From Verrucomicrobiales bacterium (GTDB lineage Bacteria > Verrucomicrobiota > Verrucomicrobiia > Verrucomicrobiales > DEV007), in NCBI GenBank assembly GCA_047616785.1, contig JBLHHN010000001.1:1-63379 (forward strand): 63,379 nt of DNA. Reading direction: 5' to 3'. The notes under the pieces are model-generated. The model ran no database searches. It was not told the DNA's origin and saw only the letters and a list, made by a program, of their open reading frames with translations. Shown here piece after piece: positions 37,928-47,472 of the stretch. Positions within the stretch are counted from its first letter, which is position 1. Every line of letters begins with the position of its first letter. A program made the translations under genes and the position numbers.

Positions 37928-39834
37928 GCGCGGCCGTCGCGTTTCTCGTAGTAGTGGACGAAGGCGCGATTGGCCACCGCGTAGCCGCCGGGAGTCGGAT
38001 AATTGCCGTCGAAGTACCAGGCTCCTGAATTATTCGGAAGAGCTTTGCGCATGTTCTCGATGGTCTGGAACCTGACTTGCACTTCACCATGCCAGGAGGT
38101 GCCCTGGGGTTTCACTATCTGGCTGACTTGATCAGAAATCTCGTCGTCCGTGAAGGGTTCGTAAATGCGTTGGACCGCATTTCGCATCTCTCCTAGAGGC
38201 TTCTTAAGCTCGGCCAGGCAGTCTTCGTAAACCGATTGGACCAGGGCATACTCACTGCGTGATTTGATCAGATTGATCGCTGCCTGGAAGGCGATGAATT
38301 TGCCTAATTCTGACATATCGATTCCGTAACAGTCCGGATAGCGAATCTGTGGGGCGGTGGAAACGATGACGATCTTCTTTGGGTTCGTGCGAGAAAGGAT
38401 CTTGAGAATGGATTTCTTCAAGGTCGTGCCGCGAACAATCGAATCATCAATGACGACGAGATTGTCCCTCGGCTGCACGACACCGTAGGTGATGTCATAG
38501 ACGTGAGAGACTAACTGATTGCGACCTTTCTCTTGGCTGATGAAGGTGCGCAACTTTATATCCTTCTGCGCAATCTTCTCGTCCCGAGGCCAATTCCGCA
38601 GGATGAGTTCATCGATCATTTCCTCGTTCAAACTGCCGCTCTTCATCGCGCACAGGAGGCTTTCCTTCACTTCCAGTCGGCGATGCTTGCGCAGACCTTC
38701 CATCATGCCGTAGTAGGCGACTTCAGCCGTGTTCGGCACGAAGCTGAGCACGGTGTGCTCAAGGTTGTTGTTGATGGACTTGAGAATCTGAGGAACGAGC
38801 GCTTCGCCTAACGCTTTGCGTTCGCGATAGATGTCAGGGTCATTGCCGCGCGAGAAATAGATTCTCTCAAACGAACAAGGCGTATGTTTCCGCACAGGGC
38901 AGAACTCATTAAACGTGATCTCACCGGACGCTTTCACCACGGCGACATGACCGGGAGGGAGTTCGCAGACTTCGTCCTGCTCAGCATCGAACGCGGTCAT
39001 CAAGGCCACGCGCTCCGACGCGAAAGCGATGAGTTCGTCCGAGCAGTAGAAGAAGCAGGGACGGATGCCATGAGGATCGCGCATGACAAAGCCGTCCCCA
39101 TTGCCGATGGCACCGACGATGCAGTAGCCACCATCCCAGACTTCTCCTGACACTTTGATCAGGCCGGGAATGTCCAGCCTTTCGCTGATCTTCGCGGGAA
39201 TATCGCGCCCATTCACGCCGCTATCGCGAAATTCGCGGTAGAGATCGGTGTGTTGCTCGTCGAGATGAAAGCCAATCTCTTCGAGCACGGTCTGAGTATC
39301 GGTGCCGAAGACTGGGTGTTGGCCGCGATCGATCAGTCCTTCGACCAACTGAGGGGCGTTGGTCATGTTGAAGTTCCCGCAGACCATCAAGGTCTTGGTT
39401 GGCCAGTTGCTGCGACGGACGAAAGGATGGCAGGAGCCTTCGTTAAACAAGCCCGAGGTACCGTAACGAAGATGCCCGATGAGAAGCTCGCCTCCGAAAT
39501 CGAAGTGTTTCTTAATACTGTCAGGATCCTTGGGATCAATAATCCCTTTCGCGCAGAGGTCATCGAACTTTGCGAGCTCCTTGTTGACGACGAAGGACAG
39601 AGAATCCTTCCGGGTAGAGCGTCGACGAAACAGATAAGGTTGCCCTAACGGGACATTCATCTTCTGGCAACCGATGCCGACGCCGTCTTGGCCTCGGTTG
39701 TGTTGCTTCTCCATGAGAAGAAACAGCTTCTGAAATCCGTAGAGAGCGCGGCCGTACTTATCCTGAAAGTAGTTCAGCGGCTTCAGCAGCCGAATGAAGG
39801 CCAACCCGCATTCATGCTGAAGTTTGTCACTCAT
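37909..39834 (-). CDS. purF: amidophosphoribosyltransferase (long form)
   Basis: N-terminal nucleophile Cys after a short propeptide (MSDKLQHE-CGLAFI), PRTase motif VVIDDSIVRGTT, and position in the pur cluster. Confidence 0.9.
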   Translation of the reverse strand: MSDKLQHECGLAFIRLLKPLNYFQDKYGRALYGFQKLFLLMEKQHNRGQDGVGIGCQKMNVPLGQPYLFRRRSTRKDSLSFVVNKELAKFDDLCAKGIIDPKDPDSIKKHFDFGGELLIGHLRYGTSGLFNEGSCHPFVRRSNWPTKTLMVCGNFNMTNAPQLVEGLIDRGQHPVFGTDTQTVLEEIGFHLDEQHTDLYREFRDSGVNGRDIPAKISERLDIPGLIKVSGEVWDGGYCIVGAIGNGDGFVMRDPHGIRPCFFYCSDELIAFASERVALMTAFDAEQDEVCELPPGHVAVVKASGEITFNEFCPVRKHTPCSFERIYFSRGNDPDIYRERKALGEALVPQILKSINNNLEHTVLSFVPNTAEVAYYGMMEGLRKHRRLEVKESLLCAMKSGSLNEEMIDELILRNWPRDEKIAQKDIKLRTFISQEKGRNQLVSHVYDITYGVVQPRDNLVVIDDSIVRGTTLKKSILKILSRTNPKKIVIVSTAPQIRYPDCYGIDMSELGKFIAFQAAINLIKSRSEYALVQSVYEDCLAELKKPLGEMRNAVQRIYEPFTDDEISDQVSQIVKPQGTSWHGEVQVRFQTIENMRKALPNNSGAWYFDGNYPTPGGYAVANRAFVHYYEKRDGRAYDLPL

Positions 39835-39837
39835 GGG

Positions 39838-40824
39838 TTAAGCTATCTCCACGTGAAAGGATTCAGCCGTGATCTCGCCTAACACTTGACTGCGTGGCAT
39901 GGCGCGCACCGCAGCATCAGCTTCGTCAGGTGACACTCCGACGACCCAACCGAAGCCCATGTTGAATGTCCGGATGGCTTCGTCGTCCTCAATGTAGTGC
40001 AATATCTTCTGTGCCGGGCCGTTCTCCCACACCGGAAGTTTAATCTGAGCCCCTTTATTATTTAACAAGCGCTCAAGATTCTCAGGGAAGCCGCCACCCG
40101 TGATGTGGGCCATGGCTTTCGCCTTGATGCCAGCGGCTTTGAGCGCATCACATTCTTCGTGATAGAGACGGGTCGGCGCGAGAAGCTCGTGCCACTCGTC
40201 ATCCGACAAATCGACCTTCTTCGTATCAAGAACGCGCCGCACCAAACTCCAGCCATTGGCGTGGAAACTGTCTGAAGCGCAGCCGATGAGCACATCGCCC
40301 ACAGCTAACGTGCTAGGGTCAATGAGATCCTTCTTCTCTACGGCGCCGATGCAGAAGCCAGATAGCTCGATCATGCCTTCTTCGACCATGTCAGGCATCT
40401 CAGCGGTCTCGCCTCCGGCAAGAATGCAGCCGCAGGCTTCAAGATGATCAACCATGCCCGCGATGACGCGCTTGATCTTTGTCTTGTCGATCTTGCCGAC
40501 ACCGACGTAGTCGAGAAACATGATAGGATCCGCGCCCGCCGTGAGAACATCGTTCACATTCATAGCCACGAGATCCTTGCCAGCGATCTCGAGTTCGTCC
40601 CGTTCTAACAAAACTTTCAACTTAGTGCCGACGCCGTCGCAACCGGTGAAGATGACGGGCTCTTTGTAAGAACTGAGGTCGAAGCCAGCGGCGAAGAGGC
40701 CGAAGCTTTGGAAAAGCTGTCGCTTGGCTTCGGTGCGCATACGCAGCTTACCGATGTCCCCCACGAGGGCGGCGGCTTCCTCGATGTCGACGCCTGCGTC
40801 TTTGTATGTGAAGGGAGTGCTCAT
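39838..40824 (-). CDS. purM: phosphoribosylformylglycinamidine cyclo-ligase (AIR synthetase)
   Basis: YKDAGVDI and GGETAEMP motifs, 328 aa. Confidence 0.95.
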   Translation of the reverse strand: MSTPFTYKDAGVDIEEAAALVGDIGKLRMRTEAKRQLFQSFGLFAAGFDLSSYKEPVIFTGCDGVGTKLKVLLERDELEIAGKDLVAMNVNDVLTAGADPIMFLDYVGVGKIDKTKIKRVIAGMVDHLEACGCILAGGETAEMPDMVEEGMIELSGFCIGAVEKKDLIDPSTLAVGDVLIGCASDSFHANGWSLVRRVLDTKKVDLSDDEWHELLAPTRLYHEECDALKAAGIKAKAMAHITGGGFPENLERLLNNKGAQIKLPVWENGPAQKILHYIEDDEAIRTFNMGFGWVVGVSPDEADAAVRAMPRSQVLGEITAESFHVEIA

Positions 40825-40833
40825 AGAGATCCG

Positions 40834-41553
40834 TTAGGCCGTGATGGTTTGGTGGATCGATTGGAAGAGGTAATGGCCCCATCCGTGTTCGACCTTGTCC
40901 CAATCGCGATCATAGTGTTGCTCGCGATAAATGAAGCGTTCGGGGTGTGGCATCAGTCCAAGGACCCGACGCTGCGAGTCCTGCATGCCAGCGATGCGTT
41001 GGTAAGACCCATTCACATCCTCACCGTAAGTGATCGCCGCCAGGCCGTCCTTCACGTAGGCAGCCGCATCCTCCTCGTTCTTCGTCACGAGCCGCCCTTC
41101 GCCATGCGCGATCGGCAGTTCGAAATTCTCCGGCAAGGCGTGAAGGAAAGGCGAGTCGGTGACTTCCTTCTTCAATGGCACCCATTTGCAGACAAAGCGC
41201 TCACTGACATTATCCACCAAACTCCCCTTGGGCAGAAGGCCGAGGCGCATGAGAATCTGAAAGCCGTTGCAGATGCCTAACAAATAACCACCATTATCAC
41301 GGAACGTGGTCAGTGTATCGCCGAGACGTCGCTCGATCTCCAGCTCCGCGAAACGTGCAGCCATGACATAGTCACCGTAACTGAACCCCCCGGAGAGCAC
41401 GCCCAACTGAGTGTCGGCGAAGTCTTCCCGAGTCACGCGCGTGATCGGCACCGTCCGCGTGTTGAAACCGACCTCACGCAGAGCGCGCGCCGTTTCCTCG
41501 TCCGCGTTCGTGCCGGGGAACTTTAGTAGTAAGGCGTTAGGCCGTGTTGCCAT
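40834..41553 (-). CDS. purQ: phosphoribosylformylglycinamidine synthase, glutaminase subunit
   Basis: Catalytic Cys in GICNGFQ and MPHPERF near the C-terminus. Confidence 0.92.
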   Translation of the reverse strand: MATRPNALLLKFPGTNADEETARALREVGFNTRTVPITRVTREDFADTQLGVLSGGFSYGDYVMAARFAELEIERRLGDTLTTFRDNGGYLLGICNGFQILMRLGLLPKGSLVDNVSERFVCKWVPLKKEVTDSPFLHALPENFELPIAHGEGRLVTKNEEDAAAYVKDGLAAITYGEDVNGSYQRIAGMQDSQRRVLGLMPHPERFIYREQHYDRDWDKVEHGWGHYLFQSIHQTITA

Positions 41554-43889
41554 CGTTCTTTGAGTGACGTTAGGTCTTCGTTGATCAGTTCACCGATCAC
41601 GAGTTTCTGATGCGCGGAAGTAGTCTTGCCGATCTGCTGGGCATCTTCCCCGAAGAGCGCGGCGACATCATCGGCTTCCGTGGCATCGACCTCGATGACC
41701 ATGCAGCCGGGCGTTTCCGCGAAGAGTTGATTCTTGCTAAAGAAAGCATCTATCTCGATCCCAGCTTTCATGGAGAAAGCCATCTCAGCCAGCGTGACTG
41801 CCAAGCCGCCTTCGCTGACATCGTGCCCTGACAGAACCATTCCTTTGCCGAGCGCTTCGTAGAGCTTCTGGTAGCGCGCCCAGTTGGTTGCGAGATCGCA
41901 TTTCGGAACCCTCGCATCGACAATGCCTTGAACCCGAGCAGCGACGCTGCCACCGAGGTCCGTTCCCATCTTGCCTAACAAGAAGAGAACGCTACCCGCA
42001 TGACGGATGCTACTGCCGACGACTTGCTTGCGATCATCAATGATGCCGAGCCCACTGATCAGGAGCGTGACAGGAACCGAGATAGGACCGTCTTTCGTTT
42101 CGAAGTAGTTGTAGAACGAGTCCTTCCCGGAAATGAAGGGTGCCTGATAGAAGAGCGCCGCTTCGGCCATGCCTTTCGTCGTCTCCACGAGGCACCCGAG
42201 TTCGCGTTCGTCATCCGGATTGCCCATGCAGAAATTATCTAACAGAGCAAGACGCGTGGGATCTGAACCACAGAGCACGAGCTGACGAACACATTCATCG
42301 ACACAGGCGAGGCCCATTTCGTAAGGCGCGGTCTTGCCCCACTCAGGAAGCACCGCCAAGGCCATGGCCATCATAGGCTTGCTGCCATCGATATGAATGA
42401 CAGAGCCATCCTGTGGGGCATCGCCCGTGGCACCGGCTAACGGTTTGAGGAACGTGTTGCCTTGCACTTCGTGATCGTATTCACGGATGATCGGTTCGCG
42501 TGAGACGACGGCGAAATCGCCTAACACTTGATAAAGAAGTTCGGTCGTGTCACCTTCCAAAGAAACGTCGTCACGAAACGTCGGCGTGTCCCATTTACTG
42601 ACAAGATTCCTCCGAGGAGCTTCATGGAGCTTGCCGCAGTCCAGCTCGACCACTAAAGCGCCATCATGCCAGACCTTGAGAATACCACTGCCATCGGCAT
42701 GACCAAGGACCGTGCATTCCGTCTCATAGGTCTCCGCCAATTCCTGTAACTCTGGTAGGACAGCTTCGTCCACGGCGAGGACCATTCTTTCCTGACTCTC
42801 GGATAGGAAGATCTCCCAGCTGATAAGGCCGGGCTCTTTCAAAGGAGCACGCTCCAAGTAGAGTTCGCCGCCCGTGACGCTGAGCATCTCGCCCGCCGCG
42901 CTGGAGAATCCCCCTGCACCGCAGTCCGTAATGAATCCGATCAAGCCGCGATCGCGCGCCTCTAGCACAAAGTCACAGGCCTTCTTCTCTTCGATCGGAT
43001 TTCCGATCTGGACGGCTTGTTGGTCTTCCTCGTGAGAATCCGTAGTTAGGCTCGCCGAGGAGAAAGTCGCTCCATGGAGGCCATCTTTGCCGGTGCGCCC
43101 GCCCACTGCGACGATCCTGTGCCCAGGGAGAACTTCTTTCTCAATGTCACTGATCGGGATCGTCCCTGCTGTGCCGCAGAAGACGAGTGGGTTGTAAATA
43201 TAGGCCGGATCAAACTGGATCGCGCCGGCTACTGTGGGAATGCCCATCCGATTGCCGTAATCGCGCACGCCACGGACCACACCGCGCATGATACCTAACG
43301 GATGCAAGACATCGTCCGCCTTGATATCCGCAGAATCGGTGTCCGGGCTGCCGAAACAGAACACATCGAGCGAGGCCACAGGTTTCGCGCCTTTGCCCGC
43401 ACCGAGAATGTCACGAATGACACCACCAAGACCGGTATTTGCGCCTGCATAGGGTTCGATCGCTGAAGGGTGGTTGTGCGTTTCCACCTTGAGACAGACC
43501 GCGATCTTGTCATCGAGCCTAACAAAGCCCGCATTGTCCACAAACGCGCCGAGAATGAAGTCCGGCTTGTTCTTCCAAATAGCCTCAGTGACTTCCTTGA
43601 TATGCGTTTTGAAGAGACCATCGACCGTCTCCTTCTTGCCATCGAGTTCGTGCTCGATCAGGGCGCCGAAGATCCGGTGCTTGCAATGCTCGCTCCATGT
43701 CTGGGCGATGACTTCCAACTCTACGTCCGTAGGCTCGCGGTCGGCTTCATTGAAGTATCCTTGCACCGCGACCATGTCCGCCCGCGAGAGCGAGAGTTTC
43801 ATGTCCACGCTCAGGCGCTCAAGGGCCTCTCCGTCGAGGGAACGGAGTTCGAGGTGGCGGTAAGTTTGCTTAGGCGCAGGAGAGGACAT
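41523..43889 (-). CDS. purL: phosphoribosylformylglycinamidine synthase subunit PurL (small-type)
   Basis: WSEHCKH, ETHNHPS and DCGAGG motifs, 788 aa. Confidence 0.95.
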   Translation of the reverse strand: MSSPAPKQTYRHLELRSLDGEALERLSVDMKLSLSRADMVAVQGYFNEADREPTDVELEVIAQTWSEHCKHRIFGALIEHELDGKKETVDGLFKTHIKEVTEAIWKNKPDFILGAFVDNAGFVRLDDKIAVCLKVETHNHPSAIEPYAGANTGLGGVIRDILGAGKGAKPVASLDVFCFGSPDTDSADIKADDVLHPLGIMRGVVRGVRDYGNRMGIPTVAGAIQFDPAYIYNPLVFCGTAGTIPISDIEKEVLPGHRIVAVGGRTGKDGLHGATFSSASLTTDSHEEDQQAVQIGNPIEEKKACDFVLEARDRGLIGFITDCGAGGFSSAAGEMLSVTGGELYLERAPLKEPGLISWEIFLSESQERMVLAVDEAVLPELQELAETYETECTVLGHADGSGILKVWHDGALVVELDCGKLHEAPRRNLVSKWDTPTFRDDVSLEGDTTELLYQVLGDFAVVSREPIIREYDHEVQGNTFLKPLAGATGDAPQDGSVIHIDGSKPMMAMALAVLPEWGKTAPYEMGLACVDECVRQLVLCGSDPTRLALLDNFCMGNPDDERELGCLVETTKGMAEAALFYQAPFISGKDSFYNYFETKDGPISVPVTLLISGLGIIDDRKQVVGSSIRHAGSVLFLLGKMGTDLGGSVAARVQGIVDARVPKCDLATNWARYQKLYEALGKGMVLSGHDVSEGGLAVTLAEMAFSMKAGIEIDAFFSKNQLFAETPGCMVIEVDATEADDVAALFGEDAQQIGKTTSAHQKLVIGELINEDLTSLKERWQHGLTPYY

Positions 43890-44331
43890 TCGTCACAGAC
43901 CAAGTATGAATCGCAGGATTCACGATGTCTTTGATGAAGGGTTCTGGCGAGGTTTCGCCTGGATCGCCAAAGATGTAAAGGCGTTTGTAGATCTTGAGAG
44001 ACTGGATCGCAAATCTGCCGTCAGCGACCTCGCGATGGTAGTTGAGAATCGTTTCCTTCTCGAGGTCGAGCGCGCCCGGCTTCATCCCGTAGTCGAGATG
44101 AAAGACCGCTCCCTCGATCGCTGGCGAATCGCCGAGATGGAGAACCTGACAGACATCATCCAGAAGGACCTTGCCAATGAACTCGGTCAATGCGGCATCG
44201 TCCCCGGTATGCTCAAACACATAACGCTGGGTCTGGCGGAACGTGAGCGGTTTGTCCAAGGGCGCATAGAGAAGCCCTTGGCAACTCTTTGGCTTGGCCA
44301 GGCTGGCGGAGACTTCAGCTGTGAACGGCAT
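43870..44331 (-). CDS. PurS-like protein, about twice the usual length (153 aa)
   Basis: It occupies the canonical purS slot between purC and purL. Segments weakly resemble PurS (MKPGALDLEKETILNYHREV, PFIKDIVNPAIHTWSV). The Met at 44331 is preferred, overlapping the purC end by 17 nt. Confidence 0.5.
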   Translation of the reverse strand: MPFTAEVSASLAKPKSCQGLLYAPLDKPLTFRQTQRYVFEHTGDDAALTEFIGKVLLDDVCQVLHLGDSPAIEGAVFHLDYGMKPGALDLEKETILNYHREVADGRFAIQSLKIYKRLYIFGDPGETSPEPFIKDIVNPAIHTWSVTNVLSCA

Positions 44332-45031
44332 CTTCGGCGCGTTTGAGGACTTCGGCGTAACTTTCCATAACATTTCCTAGATCACGGCGGAAGCGATCCT
44401 TATCCATCTTCTCACCCGTGGCCACATCCCAGAGGCGGCAGGTGTCTGGTGAGATTTCATCGGCCAGGATGATGGTTGAGGGATCCGTGCTCAAGCGGCC
44501 GAACTCCAACTTGAAATCGACCAAGTTCAACCCGGTCTTGAGGAAGAATGGCTTAAGGATCTCGTTGATCTTCAGCGCTTCCGATTTCAGAAAAGCCAGT
44601 TCCTCTGCCGTGGCGAGGTCCAGCTCCCTGATGTGATCGTCATTGATCATCGGATCGCCCAGATCATCGTCCTTGAGGAAATACTCCACGATCGGAGCCT
44701 TCAGAGCCTCGCCTTCTTTGAACCACGTCCGGCCGCACAAACTTCCAGCGGCCACGTTGCGCACAACCACTTCGACTTTGATGATTTCCACACTCTTAAC
44801 GATTGTGCGAATGTCATTAATGGTCCTAACGAAATGTGTCGGAACGCCATTCTTCTCGAGGAGCTGCATGAGAAGCAAGCTGAGTGCTTGGTTCATGCGT
44901 CCCTTGTTCTCGAACTGAGCCTTCTTCTCACCATTGAAGGCCGTGGCATCGTCCTTAAATTCCATGAGCAACTCGTCCGGTTGCTCAGTCTCGTAAAGCC
45001 GCTTTGCTTTACCCTCGTAAAGTAGTTTCAT
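44315..45031 (-). CDS. purC: phosphoribosylaminoimidazole-succinocarboxamide synthase
   Basis: MKLLYEGKAKRLYETEQPDELLMEFKDDATAFNGEKK... is a classic SAICAR synthetase N-terminus. Confidence 0.95.
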   Translation of the reverse strand: MKLLYEGKAKRLYETEQPDELLMEFKDDATAFNGEKKAQFENKGRMNQALSLLLMQLLEKNGVPTHFVRTINDIRTIVKSVEIIKVEVVVRNVAAGSLCGRTWFKEGEALKAPIVEYFLKDDDLGDPMINDDHIRELDLATAEELAFLKSEALKINEILKPFFLKTGLNLVDFKLEFGRLSTDPSTIILADEISPDTCRLWDVATGEKMDKDRFRRDLGNVMESYAEVLKRAEDAVHS

Positions 45032-45175
45032 CGTTGAGGCGATGGGATGGATCTAAAGGGACGTGGCAAATTCGTCAAGCGGCAGTTTCACCGAGTCCGC
45101 GAATGAGCGGGAGAGGAAACGAATCAGCTGATAGGGCTCTTCTTGCACGGATTCAGAACGGATTGATGGTAGTCG

Positions 45176-45682
45176 ATGCGTTGGCCGTTTCGTATTGCCA
45201 TTCTCGTGGTCGTCCTTGCTTTTGCCCTTTCGACTGGGATCAAGCTCTATCAAAAGACCACGATTTGGGAGTGGAAGCTTTCAGGACCGAAGAGTCAGGA
45301 TAGCAGGCTTCGGCAGCTCATTATTCAGACGGAAGCGGGAGAAAGCTTTGAGACGGGAATCTTCGCCGAAGATCTTAAGAATCACAGACTCTTCGATCCT
45401 GACAAATACCAAGACCGAGAGCCTTGGCGGTTGAGACTATCAAATTGGCGAGATGTCGTCCCGCATTTCGGTCCTGTGGCTCAGGGATGTTTCCTCGGCT
45501 CGATTGGCAGGGAGAAAGAAGCGAGGGCTATCCTCCTCGAAAGCTGGCTCGATGAGCGATCTTCGGACATGCAACTTCTGGTAGTGGGAGTTTGTCTTTC
45601 ACAAATGGAGGAATCTCATGTCACCCGGGATGCGATGATCGCCTACTTTGAAAAGGGTCCTCCGTTTTCGCCTTACTACTAG
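45176..45682 (+). CDS. hypothetical membrane-anchored protein (possibly the 5' part of a disrupted longer gene)
   Basis: N-terminal TM helix (FRIAILVVVLAFALSTGI). It ends at a TAG, and the same frame reopens immediately afterwards. Confidence 0.5.
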   Translation: MRWPFRIAILVVVLAFALSTGIKLYQKTTIWEWKLSGPKSQDSRLRQLIIQTEAGESFETGIFAEDLKNHRLFDPDKYQDREPWRLRLSNWRDVVPHFGPVAQGCFLGSIGREKEARAILLESWLDERSSDMQLLVVGVCLSQMEESHVTRDAMIAYFEKGPPFSPYY

Positions 45683-45700
45683 ACTCGGGAAGGGCTCTAT

Positions 45701-46549
45701 TTGCTTCATGCGAAGGATGAGGCCGTTCTTGAAAGTTCCCTCCCTCACCTAACGGATCCTTCTTCTTTCCACAATTCTGGCACTTCAATCGGGCTTCTGC
45801 GGATACTAGGGTTGAGGTTTCCGGATAGAGTGCTCTCGCATCTCATGGAGACTCTCGGTGCTTCCGAATTGATCCACAGGCAAGGAGCTGTAGGGGCGTT
45901 GGTTGAGTTGGTTGAGTTGGCGTATTGTGATGCTAGAATGGCCAACCTATTGGCTGACGCTTGTAAGGATGTGAATCCTCTCATCGCCCAGAATGCTGCA
46001 ATAACCTTGAAACAGTTGTCGTTTCGTGAGCAAGAATCACTGCGATCAACCAATCCACAGCCTCAAGCAACGCTCCGCCAGCTTCCAACCAGGGAAGAGG
46101 TGATGGCCCTCGTGGCCCAGCTTAGAGGCACTGCCGAAGTCGACAAGATGCAGCAAATGATGGGAAAGATCGGGCAAGGAAAGTTCGCCGGGCCGACTGT
46201 AATTAAGGCTCTTATTGATTTGTTAGACTGGCCGCATTACGGTGTCAGACAAGAGGCAAGACTAGCTCTTTGTGCGTTGGTAAAGCATGCCTATGTGAGC
46301 GATGTGCAACTTATAAGAATGATGGGGCACCCTGAAAGCCGCTACCGCCAAGCAGCCCTATCACTTTCGTGTGGGCGCGTTCCTATCAGTCCCCAACTAT
46401 TAAGAACGATAAGAACGCACTCATGGAAACTCTCAAACCCTTGGTTGCGTGCCGAGGCGGGGTTTGCTAGGCTCATGTTAGAATCGAGGCAGCGCTACCA
46501 AGTTCAATGGAACGAAGAAATCGGTCGAGTGAAAGCGCGAGAAACGTGA
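45701..46549 (+). CDS. HEAT/armadillo-like repeat protein (possibly the middle part of the same disrupted gene)
   Basis: Helical-repeat-like sequence (GAVGALVELVELAY.., VRQEARLALCALV..). Only a TTG start is available, the first in-frame ATG is far downstream, and it shares the frame of 45176..45682. Confidence 0.5.
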   Translation: MLHAKDEAVLESSLPHLTDPSSFHNSGTSIGLLRILGLRFPDRVLSHLMETLGASELIHRQGAVGALVELVELAYCDARMANLLADACKDVNPLIAQNAAITLKQLSFREQESLRSTNPQPQATLRQLPTREEVMALVAQLRGTAEVDKMQQMMGKIGQGKFAGPTVIKALIDLLDWPHYGVRQEARLALCALVKHAYVSDVQLIRMMGHPESRYRQAALSLSCGRVPISPQLLRTIRTHSWKLSNPWLRAEAGFARLMLESRQRYQVQWNEEIGRVKARET

Positions 46550-46588
46550 GGTGATCGGTTTGCCCAAGATGGCGATTTCATCAATGCC

Positions 46589-46777
46589 GTGCGTAGCTAT
46601 CGCGGAGCGATGGGGCTACATGGCTATCTCGGAGTTCTTCTGCCACAATACTATCACCTGTCGAGGGTTTATGGGAACTTTCAAGACTGGGCCTATGACA
46701 TGACAGTTGTGACGAATCAGTTAGACTCCAAGATCTCTCAGATTCAGAATCAACGCATTGGAGAAGCAGAGAAATGA
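46589..46777 (+). CDS. short ORF in the same frame, likely the 3' remnant of the disrupted gene
   Basis: The frame is open from directly after the TGA at 46547-46549 (GDRFAQDGDFINAVRSYRGAMG...). The GTG 'start' falls in the middle of a helix-like motif. Confidence 0.3.
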   Translation: MRSYRGAMGLHGYLGVLLPQYYHLSRVYGNFQDWAYDMTVVTNQLDSKISQIQNQRIGEAEK

Positions 46778-46780
46778 ATT

Positions 46781-47356
46781 CTAACCGTCTTTATCCATGG
46801 CTTCCTCGAATCGATCCAAGACTTCTGACGTGTAGGGATGATCCGCGAGACTCTCCACCAGGCTCAGGTCGAGGTCTGGGAGAAATTGGCTCTTGTTGAC
46901 ATTCTGATAGTCTTTGGAGTCAAAGTGATAGACCGAGAGTGCGTCATCCTCCCAGGTCCATACTTCCGGCATGCTCAGGCTGCGATAGAAATGGAGTTTA
47001 TCGATGCCACCGCTGGTTAGGGCGGTTTCGATGACGAGCTGCGCTTCTTCTGAACCCTCAGTGAAATTGTAAGATTCATCGGGCTCCCCGCCACGCGTCC
47101 CTTCCCTTCGCAAAGTGGCAGAACCTTCTGTTGGGAAGAAAAGTTTCTTCCGACGACAGTAGACTTCTATCATGCGGCCTATATTACTTTTGATGTGTTC
47201 GTGGGCGCGAGAGGGAGACATGATTTCGAGCCGGTCATCGGCGAATTTCATTCGCACGCCACGAGACTCTCCCAGCATCTCATCAATCTGGAGATAATTC
47301 TCCCAGGAGATGCCCTCCAGGACGATACGCTGGTCCGGCTCAATGATGCCGCGCAT
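46781..47356 (-). CDS. Uma2-family (DUF820) PD-(D/E)xK endonuclease-like protein
   Basis: IVLEGISWENYLQIDEMLGE..RMKFADDRLEIMSPSRAHEHIKSNI is a typical Uma2 N-terminal pattern. Confidence 0.8.
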   Translation of the reverse strand: MRGIIEPDQRIVLEGISWENYLQIDEMLGESRGVRMKFADDRLEIMSPSRAHEHIKSNIGRMIEVYCRRKKLFFPTEGSATLRREGTRGGEPDESYNFTEGSEEAQLVIETALTSGGIDKLHFYRSLSMPEVWTWEDDALSVYHFDSKDYQNVNKSQFLPDLDLSLVESLADHPYTSEVLDRFEEAMDKDG

Positions 47357-47472
47357 GACCTAGGACCATGCCTAGGAAAGAGAAATTTGTCAATCGTTGC
47401 GTCATTAGCGTTCTTTTATTAGCGATTAAGGTTGACTCGATCTGCGCGCTGATTATTGTTCGGGTTCACGTC

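Noticed and set aside
39834-41553. Same-frame, near-abutting ORFs in the pur cluster (purQ/purM/purF) and Gfo-Idh-MocA/PhoD-like (TAG immediately followed by GTG at 32413-32416), considered as possible read-through fusions.
   Set aside because: Each downstream ORF begins with the canonical N-terminus of a well-known independent protein or with its own signal peptide. Sharing a frame here is coincidence and dense packing.
45032-45175. Possible purine or ZTP riboswitch in the purC leader.
   Set aside because: Reading the reverse complement, I could not find the conserved cores I remember for these classes. Only a covariance-model scan could settle it.
47357-47472. Two CCTAGG sites 6 bp apart and a direct ATTAGCG repeat in the Uma2 / 47473-ORF divergent spacer.
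   Set aside because: These are short motifs that could easily arise by chance in 116 nt, with nothing to corroborate them elsewhere in the window.
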